A stretch of DNA of 64,000 nucleotides from Dimorphilus gyrociliatus (GCA_904063045.1 CAJFCJ010000020.1:364916-428915), one strand, 5' to 3'; counted from the stretch's first letter, positions 35,065 through 49,200 are shown. Notes: a model not told the origin generated them from the letters alone. Made by a program: numbers and translations.

Positions 35065-38000
35065 ATGGATTTAGATGAAACTGATAGTACAATGGCTGTT
35101 GGCTCTGTAAGCGATAAAGGCACGTTTAATGAAGAAGAAGACGAAGAAAACGAGTTGAATAAAATGTATCATTATTCTAATGGTACAACTTTGGAAACTA
35201 TCTATCACTCTCAAGATAGATTAAATACAAAGAATTATGAAAATGATTTAAAATTTATTCGATCAGATTTTACGAAATCCTTACCTGAACTCAGAATAAG
35301 CGATGAAAATGGCGAAAGTAAATGGCAACCAGATTCTTTAGCTAAGCAACAAGCCATTTCGACGCCTTCTCTGACAACTAATAAGAAAAAGATGTATGAG
35401 ACGTACGGATGGCCAAGTGCTAGTGATGTCTCTAAATCATTCGATTCGGCTACGTACATCAGTTATGCTCAGGAAATATTACAATCTACACACGTTTCTC
35501 CGGAATACGAGTCAATAAGGCGGCGCTACCAATTAATGGAAAAGGCAGCGTCTATGGAACAACTACTTTTGGAGAAGAGCGACGATTTCCTGGAAAAGAT
35601 TGATGAATATGACGAAACTCCCGAAAGCGTTTCTCTTAAGAAGCTCGAATATCGCAATGAATTAGAGGCACTTAAGAAAAATTTAAAAGAAGGACACAAT
35701 CTTCTTGATAAGAAGGCTCTTAACGGTTTTTCCTTGTCAAGTCCAACAGGTCGTGTGGAAAACTTGAAGAACATATACGAAAATGGAAAATTCACAATGA
35801 ATGAAATCGTTAAGTATCCTTCTATTGGCATAGAATCGTTTTTAAAGGGGCGAAACTTTGATAAATTGGCCTTACACGGGACTAATATTAATGAGAAGCA
35901 AACAGGATATGATGCTTATGTGCAAAAAGTTAAGGATAGGCACAAAAAAATTGGTCAACTTTCGAGAGAGTGGATACACTCTGAAGAAATGTTAGTATCA
36001 GGTCCACCACAAACCGAAGGGTATAGCTTATCCCCAGCTCCACCAGAAGTAAAGAGAACTAGAGTACCAACTCTTGAGATAAATGCCGATTCTAACCCGT
36101 TAACAGTGGAACAATTGCGAAAGTACGGTAGATATCACCCGAAAAATAGAAAGGCTGACCGCACCGAAGATATTCCTTGGCGAACGTCGTCGCCAATAAA
36201 TGTTCAATCGAAAGTAGTTGATAATATCGGAATTAAGGGATCAGATGAACGAAACGTCAAGAGTTCGTTTATCAAGCCATCTGAAACGTATGATCAATTT
36301 GAGAATAGAAAGACTAAACATGATTTCATTGATAAGTCTTCCAGTGGGATAAACGCTAATGCAAATTTGAGAGAAAAATCGAACAATTATAGGCCTAGAT
36401 CATCTAGAAAAGACTCCAAACCTCAAACAGGAGCGATAGCTGCAGCATTAGGTAAGCTTAAGGAAGCTCAGTTAGAGGTAGAAGAAGAGTTCGATAAATT
36501 AATAAAGAAAAAGCCGAATGGTAAAAATAATTCTGAAGAACCGCCAATACCATCAACGGAACCACCCAAAGTCAAATATATTGATACTGAATTGGATTTT
36601 GAGGATGTATATAAATCAAATATATCGTATAGCGAAGTTGAAAGTGATAATCAGTCAGGTGAAGAGTTTAAAGGGAACAAACCGGAACAAAGATCTAAAA
36701 AAAGTCCTCATTCTGCGAAATTGAATCCAAATTCAGACCAGTCGTCCAAACATTATAATGGCAGATATAGATATTCCCCTGTTTCAGGGATAACTTCTGA
36801 ACCTATACACGCAGAAGATAAAATTGGAAAATCTTATATTCCAACAAACGACGACAAGATCTTAATCAGAAACAGATATAGTGAACAAAGAAGTGTACCT
36901 GGAACTGTTTCTAATAGACTATCTCCAAGAACAAAGGAAGAAGATTCATCCATGAACCCTGCCCTAAAGCCACGAGAGGGTTCGCCAGACAGGTCGCAGA
37001 TGAAACATATTACCCCTATGCCTTACAAATCATTTACTCAATCAACACCAGACTTGTATTCTTCAGAAAGGTCACCCGATAATCAGTCTAAGACCTACGC
37101 TTCCATAAAGAATTTAAAGACACAAAATACCAGCCTTGCCAATAGGTCTCGGACAGTCAGTCCACGAGACCGATCAAAAGATTTCAGGTGTGGTTTTGTA
37201 CATTCAGAAATTCGCCGAGTTCCAACTGAGAACGAAATGATGCAGCAAGTTGATATGATTGGCAAAGAGTGGAAAGGTGGAATTAGGACAGCTGGACTGA
37301 CCCCAAAGGTTCAACAGCCTCAACAAACCATTCGTGTTGTTAAAGAGAATTTTCAGTACAAAACGTTTCCTGCTAAAAGTGGAAATAACAGCGTTCCTTT
37401 CAAACAAGCCACAAAATCTACTTACAACTCAGGTTTCTTATTATGAATATGCTTTTAGAGACTTTTTGTTCTCTTGCATAGATATACTTATTTTCATACT
37501 ATACAAAGCGATTTGGTCTTTTTTTTGTTATAGTATCTTGTATAACATGGATACTTTAGCATAAAGAATCCGTTGTTTTACACATTTGTTTCTCTTCGTT
37601 TTCTTTTCAATAATTTTACTGTAGAATCGTAATTTTTTATTTCATAGTTTCTATCTATCTTTGTATCTATCTAACAATCTCTCTTTCTCTCTCTCTCTCT
37701 CTCACTCTCTCTGTATCTATCTATTATTAGTATTTTTGTGATGAAATATCTCTTTTTATATTTTTTTTGAACTTGTTTATTTAAGCTTTGATAAAACTTG
37801 GTTTTTTTTATCTTCTTTTTAGATCACAACATTCGGGAAACGGTGAGAGTAGCAGAAAGAGGGACTCATTATGATACTATAGACTCACATTTGGTTAGTG
37901 CTTTTAAACCTCTGAGTATTCCTTTCTTTCTTGACTTTTTTATTTTAGAATGTAAAAATTTTTCACACAATCCATTAATTAAACGTACTTTTTTACTCGA

Positions 38001-38959
38001 TTTCTATTACCTCAGTCATTTTCAGTATATCCTTATACGTATTTTCTTAAATACAGGCGAAAAACCAGACTACATCTTCTATTTATTCATCAAAGCATGA
38101 CTGGTAAGAAATTAGAGGTTTAGAAAGAATGGAATAATTTTAGGCATGTTTCCTTTTTGACAGGCAAAACGTCAAACCGTCTGTTACGCATGCAAAAGCC
38201 AAATACAATTTTTTGGGACAGAATCATATGGAATTAAGTTTTAAGCGTGGGGACGTTATTAGAATAATACAAGATATGAATCACAATTGGACGGAGGGAG
38301 AATTAGACGGTCGAGTGGGAGTTTTTCCATCGAATTATGTAGAAAAACTTGAGAGGCCACAGGAACCCTTTCCAATTGAGGGAGAAGGAGTTGCAAAATT
38401 TAATTTTCAACCACAAAGTAGTGTTGAACTTGGTCTCAAAAAAGGAGAAGTTGTAAAATTATGTAGGAGAGTTGATATCAATTGGTGGGAGGGCAGGAAT
38501 GGCAATAGAGTGGGAATTTTTCCTTGTTCTTATGTTCAAGTGATTGTTGAACCTCGTTATCCACCGCTTTCTCGATCTTCGGTCGGTTCTCAGACACCTC
38601 CTATGCATTTAGTAGACACTCAAGGCGAGTTTTACCGAGAAGCAACCGGAAGAAGCACATTACCGGCAACTAACGAATCTTATTCATCCTCGCGACCAAA
38701 CGACGCTTCAGATTTCAAATTGTAAGTGGAAGACGAAAATCGATTAAGTAACACTTAACCTATACTTTGTTGTAGATATAAGTCCTTGTATCGTTACATA
38801 CCGCAAAATGCAGACGAATTGGAAATGTACGAAGGTGATATAGTTTTTGTCTACGAAAAGTGTCATGACGGATGGATGATCGGGGAGAGTTTAAGATCAA
38901 GGAAATTTGGTACTTTTCCAGGAAATTATGTGAAACCGGTACTATATTACACGAACTAA
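35065..38959 (+). CDS. SORBS/CAP/vinexin-like adaptor with three C-terminal SH3 domains; exons 35065-37432, 37823-37891, ~38058-38102, ~38165-38720, ~38777-38959
   Basis: SH3-1 AKAKYNF...ELSFKRGD...[20 protein letters not shown]3-2 ...[20 protein letters not shown]3-3 [28 protein letters not shown]...FGTFPGNYV (typical of the third SORBS SH3). A long disordered N-terminus is encoded by one 2.4 kb exon. Confidence 0.85.
37681..37712 (+). repeat. Imperfect (CT)n microsatellite in a SORBS intron
   Basis: Read directly from the sequence. Confidence 0.8.
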
Positions 38960-39098
38960 TTTAAGAATCTTCTTATAAACTTATAACACATAGTATAATA
39001 TTATAGATATTTCACATAAACTTTATAGATTATAACCTGTGCAGGCTTTTTGACTATACAACTTTCAATTATCTTCTTTGAAATTTGCTGGCCTCAGT

Positions 39099-41540
39099 TT
39101 ATTTATCTTGTTTGTTTTCGGTCTCCCCGCAAGCTATTTTCTCGTTTCCTGATGCGCTTCCTTCCTCTTTTTTCACAGTTGTTTGAAATGCTTGATCTTT
39201 TTCATCGGCTTCTTCCAAAACAGGTTCTATTTATTATTAAATGAAAAATATGAAGGAAAAAAAATAAGAAATTTATCACCTTTTTACTATAAAATGATAG
39301 AACTTGAAAGTAGAAAACAATCAATTATAGAAAAATATTTGCATCAATTAAGATACAACCAAGAAAAATGGGAAGACGTTATGAATTAGATATAAAAGGA
39401 TTAATTTTCATAAAACTAAATTTACTTCTTTGTTTTTCTTAATATACAGTATAATATAGAATTGATATTATATTTGTATAAGAAAATACTAATAAAATCT
39501 TTCTAACATTGACCAGTTATAGATATTATAAACTTACCCACATCCTCGTCAATGCTGTCACTTATATTTGGTCGAACGTATTCTGGACCAGATTTTTGAG
39601 CTAAAAATAGACTTAATTAAAAAACATTATGATAGCTAAAAGACTTAAGGAGATTAAGCTAATTAATTGTATTTTATAAATAATTAGAGCCTATTTTTTC
39701 CACTTGCCTAAATATTCAGGAATACCATCTGCCCATACGGAATGTTCGTTCATATCGACCTCTTGCATTTCATCGTCAACTTCTATAGACTCCATCTTTT
39801 TACGTTCCCTTTTCTTAGTATCTATATTTAATAGGAATAAGAGGAATAATAGTTATTATTAATAGAATTCCATTTTTCTTTTCTATTCCTATAGCTCTAT
39901 CACTCTTTTACTTATTATTTGTAAAAGACACAAGTTTATTACGGAATAATTCCTATTCAATTATAATATTGAGATTATCTTTGTCTCAAATTTTTCCTTT
40001 TAATAGCAATTTTAATAAAAATGGAAAAACAGTATGTTACAGTAAAGATAACATAACAACTGTAGGTAAATAAGATATCTTTTGGTTCGAAGAGATACGT
40101 TATTTTAATATAAAAGAGACCTATATCTTGTGATATAAATAGAATAGCAAAAACAAAGAACTTTTAGTGACAAGCTCTATAGATAATTTTTATAAGTATG
40201 GAAAAGAAAGTCTATGAAGTTTACTGCTAATTATTTCGTTCATCTAATAATAGAAAATAGTTCTAAATAGGTTGGGGAAGAATAAATTGTTCCATCGGAA
40301 GATTGAATCATATTTTAAAAAGGTCAAATCATTAAACCTTGAAAGAAGATTATCTTCTTTTTCTACTTCTACAAAACTAAAAAAGATAAGTCTTTTTAGC
40401 AGCCCTGAGTCTTTCATAAAAACCGAGAATGACTATATATACAGCATATGCTGTATGTATACAGTATATACAGAAAATTGTTACTAGTGTAAGATTAGGC
40501 TTAGCTTCTTATATTGTATGAATAAATATTCTGATAAATATAGCATATAGCATGTTTATAAAAGTTTATGTATTGTATTATATATACTAATTATTATTTT
40601 AAATAAAACCCGAAATATTAGAGATTGCATTTAGAAGAAATTATATGAATATGCTCGGTATAATTATAGGATTTATCTGGTACAGCGTCATCGTCGTGTT
40701 CTGTGATATAATTGACTTTAAACAATACTTTTAGTATGCTTTCTCTTCTTGTATACATCATTTCTACGAAAATGTTGTAATCTTTCTTATTTTTACAGAT
40801 ATATTAAAACAAGAAGTAGAATAACTGTTACATATTTCCTGTACCATTGTTTAGCTACTTAATTATCATGGTGATATTGGAATTGGCAGACAGCAGTAAC
40901 GGTGCAATTATAATATATTTCGATCTTCTCTTTACATGGCTGTCTAGATATTGAAAATTTAATACATTTTGCGCAAGCACCAACTGATAGAAATCACGTC
41001 TATTTATATATACCTGCAAGTACTGTTCTTAAATACAATTATAGCTGTATATCTATCTATATACATATGTATATACTGTATATATAAATTTATATATACA
41101 TATATATTTATGTCATAGCTGAATGTTGCTATTTCTAGACAAATAGAATTATTTGCATATATAAACATACACAATATAGATATCATGATGAAAAATTCTA
41201 TTTAGACTCTTTGTTTTGATCTGTTAAGGAAACTATATAAAATTTCGTGAAAACAATCTATTTCTATTTGTCTCGACCTCCTCCCCTCCCCCACCTCTCT
41301 CTCTCTCTCTCTTTATTTCTCTATATCTCTATTTTCCTAGATATTTTGTATCCACATTTGAATTTGATATAGGTAAAAACATTTCTGACAAACATTTTTT
41401 TAAATAAAACGTCAATAATTACAAAATAGAAAGTAAACTTAAACGAATAAAACATAACAAAAAAGATTGAAAAAAACTTTACCAGCCGTGTGACTTTCAT
41501 CGCCAGACATCACGCTTGTATTCTCTTTGACTGATTCTAT
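39099..41540 (-). CDS. Unidentified acidic, probably disordered protein; 3' exons 41540-41483, 39821-39708 (or 39726), 39600-39538, 39226-39099; 5' part not resolved
   Basis: Four phase-compatible exons with canonical acceptors give IESVKENTSVMSGDESHTA|DTKKRERKKMESIEVDDEMQEVDMNEHSVWADGIPEYL|AQKSGPEYVRPNISDSIDEDV|EPVLEEADEKDQ...ENKQDK*. They are absent from the ORF track. Confidence 0.5.
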
Positions 41541-43208
41541 CTAAAAAAAAATGATCTCTAGATGGAGTTGTAGGCGCCAAGTTGTACATTATTACAATGA
41601 GTTTTCCTCCTTTTATAAAGTTCTCCTTATGTGGTCTGCAGATGGAATAGATTTATTCATTTAATTCAAATAAAAGTCTTTCAGATTCTTTTGAAATTAT
41701 TGAATAGAAAATTTATTATTTCAGAAGTAATATTAAATTCATATGAATCTTATTAAATCCATTTACAAGCATCCATTTTCTATGAATAGTTAAAACGACT
41801 TAAGATCTATTTACGATTCTTATTAAAGTAGAAATTACTTTTTTAAATAAGTTAAAAGAGAGAAATTGAATATTGTTCCTTTTAAACTAAATGGTGTTTC
41901 TCTCGAAATTTTTTGCACTTTAAACATCCGCTTCAGATATAAAAATAGATTAAGAGGAAATTAACTAGTTCAGTGCTACTGGTGAAGAAATCGAAGAACA
42001 AAAGTACAATGTAAACTCTTAAAGCATTGGAGAAGTGTGCATATATTTGCTATCGCTCGTATAATGTCTTTGAAAAATGATCTACGTTTTTCATTATTCA
42101 TTTTTCTTCTTTCTTTTCTATTTTATCCTCCTTCACTTTTTTCTTTTCCTCATTTCTATGTATCTTTTTCTTAATAATTTCTCCATTAATTTGTCATTGT
42201 TAGTTTTCTTTTGTTATAAAGCTAATAATATACAGCATTTATATATACAAATGTTTGTATATATATATCCTCCCCTCCACTTGTTCAATCGTTTCAAAGA
42301 TGAAAAAATTATCAGTAATCCCTTTGGTTTGTAAAAAACAACTAAAGAAAGAAATATTGATCTGTACGTAAATAGATAGATTTATATTAAACATATGATT
42401 AAAGCTGTTTTCTAAACTTATAGTGTATTTGTTATAAAGAACTGTATACATATTTATAAAGGTTTAGCGTTAATAAGTATATTTTAAGTTCTGAAATATA
42501 TAAATATATTCATAAAAATTAAGACAATTAGTTCCATTACTGTTCTTTAAATATCTTAGGCACGATTTTTAAACAGTATAGGATTACAAAATGCAACTTT
42601 TTACATAAAGTTTCATTATTAAATCGGGACACGTAGTTTGAGCGGGGAATTTTTTTTTTAACTAATATGGAGTATGTTGCATTATTTATTAACAAAATGG
42701 TTTATGTCACTTAAATGCTTACGTTAAATCGAAAGAAGGAAATGGACCGATTTAATAATCTCTTTCTCTTGAAATACACTCCAATTTTGAATAAAGCCCA
42801 TTCCCTTTGCTGTATTACAATCCAATAAATAAAATAATTGTTTAGAAAGATGCAGCGGTCAGTGAAATAGGATAGATAATGATGATTTCCTTTATTAAAG
42901 AGAATTCTCAGAAGTTTAGCTTATCATATCCTTCCTTGAGAAATCGAAAAGAATCGACCAACTGTTAAACGGAAAAGAGAAAATATATAGCATCCTAATC
43001 CTTCCACCCCTCTACAAACTACCACACCCCCTCTTTTTCAATCTTTTTGCAGTGTAATTCAATTGCAGACAGGAGTCTGATTTGCGGTTGTCGCTTTTCT
43101 TTGCCGTCTTAAGCGATGCTTAAGAAAACTTCTTTAAACTCGAATACATTGAGTTCTATTAGCTTGGATCTTCTCTCGTTATACTTTATTCTTAGGCGTG
43201 ATGAAGAA

Positions 43209-46200
43209 ATGGGAAAAGGAAATTCATTTTCAACAAATTTATCCCGGGACTTTAATAGCGTAAGTATAAAATTACATTTTTCCTTACTATCTTAGGCCAA
43301 ATTATAGCTCTATATCAGGAGACAGAGTGTACACAAACTGTTCCACAGTATTAATATATGGAGCAGGCAATTAGGCAGTTAATATACCATTATTGGCCAA
43401 TCTTTAGGTACCGAATACTGGGCCTGTTGTGTACACCATTTCCATTGTTGTATGAACAAAAAGACAATTTCTCTACATCTAAAAACAAAAAATCTGAACC
43501 TCAAATATAAAAACAGATAATGGCCTCCAAGATAGATTCCATGGAGGAAGAAGATGGAGAACAATTATTTCTTGCCTGCAGGGAAGGAAATCTCAAAAAA
43601 GTTTCAAAGATTTTAAAGGAAGGTGGAGTAGATCCAAATGCAAAAAATATTGTAAGTTCTCTGAAAAAAACTCTCATCAATTGTTTTTAAGTATAGATAC
43701 AAGATCTATCATGTTTACTAGGATTTCTCATACTTTTTTTTCTATAGATAGGACACACCGCCCTGCATGTTGCTTGTCACAAGGGCTACAAGGATATTGT
43801 TGAGGAACTATTGAGGAACAAGGCGGATATAGAACTGCAAACACTAGTAGGGAATAATATAGAAATGCTATTACCCTTTAGCCTTTCATTATTATTTTTG
43901 TGTAAAACTATGACTTCTTTTAGGATGGATTTACTCCACTTCATATAGCTAGCCGCTATGGCAAATTGGAAGTAATTAAGGTTCTTGTTGAACACAACGC
44001 GAAAATTAACTGCCAATCAAATGTATTTATATTATGAATTTCTTTAACCTCTTGCTAAATACCTTGTATCGTGTACTTTTTACAATTCAAGGAGGGATTT
44101 ACTCCAATCTATTTAGCCGCGGAGGAGAATTTTCCGGACATGATCACATACCTGCTTTCGAAAGGAGCTAAACCTCAACTAACAACTAAGGTAACGAGAA
44201 AATCAATATACATATTGTTCACGTCCGATAACCTCTTTATCCCTACTCTGACAAACAATTAAAGATAATTGCGATAAAGCTATAGCATATTAATTCAAGG
44301 AGATAATTTTATCTTCCAGAATGGATTTAGACCTTTAGATGTAGCTGTAACACAAAAGAATATTGAAGCAACTAACACTCTTTTAACTTGGGACAAGATG
44401 AGCAAGAAATCCCGACATACGGCATTGCATTCAGCATCAAGGAAGAACGATAGGCCAGCGGCCGCTCTTCTTATTGAAACCGGGCGATGTTCGATTAACG
44501 ATAAAACACCAGTACGATTTTAAGCTTTAAATTTATTGACTTTCATTTGTCATTTATCACAATTTATGTGATTTTTTTCCTTCGACTAGAATGGCTTTAC
44601 AGCCTTACACATTGCTTGCCAATATAATAGTACGGATATCCTAGAATATCTTATTGAGAATGGTGCAAATATTAATATTGAAGCAAAGGTAATACTTGAA
44701 CAACTTTTGCCGTATAAACAAACATCGTTAGCTACTTAACACTTGATTTATTTAGAACAAAGTTACTCCACTACATGTTGCAAGCAAATGTAACAAACTA
44801 GAATCAGTTATCATATTGTTAGATAATGGAGCTAATATGGAAGTTATCACAACGGTATGTATTTCATTTTTAAGCTAAAAAAGAATATTTTCAATACCTT
44901 GAACTTATAACTTCCTTTTAAGGATAAGCTCACACCTCTTCATTGCGCTTCAAGATCAGGACAAGTTGCGATTGTTGAAAAGCTGTTAGAAAGAGGGGCA
45001 GAGGTCAATGCAAAATCCAAGAGTAAATTGACTCCACTTCATATGGCATCTCAAGGAAATCACTATGATTGTGCAAGGTTATTGATTTACCACAAAGCTC
45101 CAGTTGAAGATGTTGCAATTGTAAGACTATTAACTTTATAAACCTACATAACTTGTATAGAAAATAATAAAAATAAGAGGCAAGGGAAAGAGAACAAAGC
45201 TCAAAAATTTATTTCTTTCTCTTTAGAAATCAATAAATTGTTAATATAAGACAGAAAGAAGAAAAACTAACTTAAAAAGTTTTATCTTACGACTTTCTTC
45301 TTGATTTAAATCCATCTAATAAGTTTATTTTTGTTTTAAATCAGTTATTTTAATATACTTTTATTCTTTTATCCGATTACTGTTTCATTTATTTATCTAA
45401 TCATGGGGTTTTTTTTAACAGGATTATTTAACCGCACTTCATGTTGCGTCGCATTGCGGAAGTTATGAAACAGCAAAGCTTCTCCTTAGCTGCAATTGTA
45501 AAGTAGATCCAAGAGCTCGGGTAATAGTGATAATAATTGAAATAGACAAAAATTTGAATAATTGCGATAATAATAATAATAATGGTATGGAGCTTGTATA
45601 TAATTTTTGTTTTATTTTTATAGAATGGCTTTACACCGCTACATATTGCCTGTAAAAAGGAAAGAATTCGCATTATAGAACTTCTTCTGAGTTATGGTGC
45701 GGTAATTAACGCAACGGCTGAGGTTAGAAACGAACTTTGTTTACAAAAAAACTCTTTACCTTTTATTTTCAATTAATTGTCTCAATCTCGACAAACTTGT
45801 CTAAAAATAATCTCTACTTTTCTCTCACCTCTCTTCTCTCTTATTATGATATATATATATATATATTTAAACATGTATATTTTACAGAGTGGACTAACTG
45901 CCCTTCATGTGGCGGCTTGGTATGGTTTTAACGAAATAGTTAAGAAATTAATAGACAAAGGCGCTGATCCTAATGCTAAAACCAGAATTGGTCAGACTCC
46001 TTTACATACAGCAGTTATTGGAGGTAAATTGCAGACCGTTAAACTACTTATTAAATTGGGTTCCCAAATTAATGCAAAGGCAAACCAGGGCGAAACGCCT
46101 CTTCACTTGTCTGCTGATTTAGGGGATTGGAAGGCCGCAGAGTGTCTTTTAAAGGGTGGAGCAGCAGTTGACGAAAAAATGGATAATGAATTTACACCAT

Positions 46201-49200
46201 TGCACGTTGCTATAAGACGCGGCCAAGTAGATACGATAAAAATCTTATTGAAATATCATAGCAACCCTGAGTTAAAGACTAGCACAAAACTGACGGCCTT
46301 GCACTTAGCTGCCAAAATGGGCAATCCAAGAGTTATAGAATTGCTCTTGAAGAAAGGGGCAGACCCAAATTCTAGAGGCGTAAACGAGCTTACACCCCTT
46401 CACGTCGCATGCCACTATAGAAAAGCAAAAGCTATCCAATTATTACTGGATAAAGATGCAAAAGTTAATCTGAAAGCGAAAAATGGTATGCAGGCGTTGC
46501 ACATTGCAGCCAAAAGGGGTTATCCTTCCATAGTTAATCAACTTTTAAAGAGAAAAGCTGATCCTAATGCTTCTACAAGAACTGAATACAGGCCTTTACA
46601 TTATTCATCCGTAGAAGGCAATACCAATGTAACGAAACTATTAATTAAAAGTGGTGCTGACCCAAATTGTAGAAGTAGAAATGGTCTAACGCCTCTTCAT
46701 CTTTGTGCCGAAAAAGATGAAACTGAATCTGGCGAATTACTGATTAATTCAGGATCAAAATTAGAAGAAAAGTCTAATGCTGGTTTTACGCCTTTGCATA
46801 CTGCGTGCTATTATGGAAGTATTGGCATGATCAAACTATTATTAAAGCATGGGTCAAATTTTGAAGCGTCAACAGAATTGGATTATTCTCCACTTCATCT
46901 TGCAGCTCAACAAGGAAACGCCCTAACTATAAACATATTATTGCAAAAAGGGGCTGATGCAAACCGTATTAACAAGGTAATATTTGATTTAATTACAACT
47001 CCCTATTTTATCCTATACGTATGTATAATATAAATGTTTTATACATATAAACATAGTATATAATAAGTATCTAATATTTTGAAATAGGCATTTAGAAAAT
47101 ATTACTCAGTAATATTCTTAGAAAGGGAAATAAAGGACGCACACGACCATTAACAAATTAATTTACTTTTATTAAAGTTTGCTTTTAATACTCTTAAAAA
47201 TATAGGATGGACAGACAGCCTTGTCAATTGCCAGGAAATGTTCATATGTTAGTATAGCAGAAGGGCTCAAGGATAAAACGGATGTAGTGGTCAAAGAGTC
47301 TAACGTTTCTTACACTCCTCATATGCCTGATACAATGGAAGAGGACACTCACTCGGAAATAGATTCGGAAGGTTTATATGACGTCATAAATTCTGAATGA
47401 CAGAAAATTATTTTTACAACCATTAAATATCTATATTTGTTTTTCTCTTTAAAAGATGAAAGCACATTTATTACAACAAATAATCAACAATTGGAAACCT
47501 TCATGACTTACACGGTAAGAAAATGATAAATATATAAAGAGGGGATATATAGTTTATACAGTACTTATATGCTTTTTTTCTTCATCAAAGTCTTCTTTGA
47601 CTAGTTTTTACTTTAATTTAAATTAAATAATAATTAATTAACTACTCAATTAACCTGTAATTAAAGTTCTATTAAAATTTTCAGGACTATACTTTAGATC
47701 CATCGAAAATAATAACTTTTACAGAAGAAAGGTCAAATTACGCGGTCGTTGATTTACACAACTCACCGGTTTAGTATTAAAAAATAATTTCGTTAGCTTT
47801 GTTATATTTTTTTATACTAGAAGAACAAAAAAAGCAAAACAACATAAAAAATGTATTAGCTGCTTTTTTAACACATTTTTTTTTAATTAACAAAGTTTTT
47901 AATACTCGTAATTAACTGGCTGCTGTTTTTTTTATTTAATACTCTTACCATATACTTAAGCAGTATGTTATTAACAGTAATAAACTGGTATCTATATTAT
48001 ACTATCGTCTTTATCTGATAAACTACACTTGCACGCTTATCTTTTTTTCTATAAACCTACACAAAAAGTAAATTGTTCTAAGGTGAAAAGACTATATTTA
48101 TATTTATTAATATACCTTTAACTACTTTAGGAAGAACAGATAACAGCTGACGTTTGTACAATGGAGAATGCAGCAATATTTGAAAACGGTTTGGAATCAG
48201 AGAGAACCATTTCGGAGTAACTATATAATATACATTTTATTTTCCTCATTTTAACATTCCATTGATAGATTAATAAACATATTTTATATTAATATAATGC
48301 TTTGCAGATTCCTCATATCTTTTATAGCTGATGCTAATGGGGCAATAATGGTCTGTAAGCGATATTCCGGACTGAGGATAATTGTCCAACCTAATGTCAT
48401 TTCCAATCCGACGAAATTTATTTTAAAATTCGTGAAAAAAGATCAACTATCGTCGCCACCTCCCCTTCTTCAAAATGAAGGATTAGCGTGTAGGATTTTA
48501 GAATTATCCCCCAATGCCTTGGATTTCGATGGGTAAAAGATATTTTCATTTAATACTTTTTCTCCGTAAAATTTGATCTTAGACTTAATTAATTCCTCTT
48601 TATAGAGAAATAATAATTGAGGTTCCTCATTTCGCTTCATTAGAAGATGGGCAAAGGGAAATTGCAGTATTAAGAAGCGATAATGGGGTTGATTGGATTG
48701 AACATAAAAACATTAGCGAGGAGCGTAGACCTAAAAATATTGATGAAATATTTAAGGGTGAAAACATTATGCTATAATATTTGTCACTATATTAAAATAT
48801 GAAATAATATTTGGAACAGGTTTTAGAGAGGCTGAAAGCGTTTATAACAGAAACGTCGTCCGAATTAAAACGAATAGCTTACCAAAATATTTCGCTTTAG
48901 TATCATTATTAAGGCAACGCACTAAACTCTTGGGACAAGAGGGCGGAATTCTAGTTGCTCACGCCGAATCTAACGTCCAAATTAATTTCCCAAAAGGTAC
49001 CATATGGAATAGTTATCTTAGTAATACGTCCAAGTTAATTCCAGTTCTAATATATTTTTTAAAATAGGAGCTGTCACAAAAACAATTCAAGCAGGTATAC
49101 AAGCTCAAATTATTAAAAGAGCTCTTCTGGATCAATGCCTGAAACCTGGAGTTATATCTAGTCCTATTGTCAGCCTTGAACCCAGTAAACGAAAGTTTCA

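Noticed and set aside
38020-38040. ATATCCTT / TCCTTATAC resembling U12 intron signals
   Set aside because: Lies inside an intron with an ordinary GTTAGT donor; no matching U12 boundaries.
40272-42451. Several 60-85 aa ORFs made of I/Y/F/L residues
   Set aside because: Low-complexity TA/T-rich non-coding sequence.
43105-43125. Hairpin CTTAAGC-GAT-GCTTAAG upstream of ankyrin
   Set aside because: A 7-bp stem is expected by chance in 64 kb; no terminator or ncRNA context.
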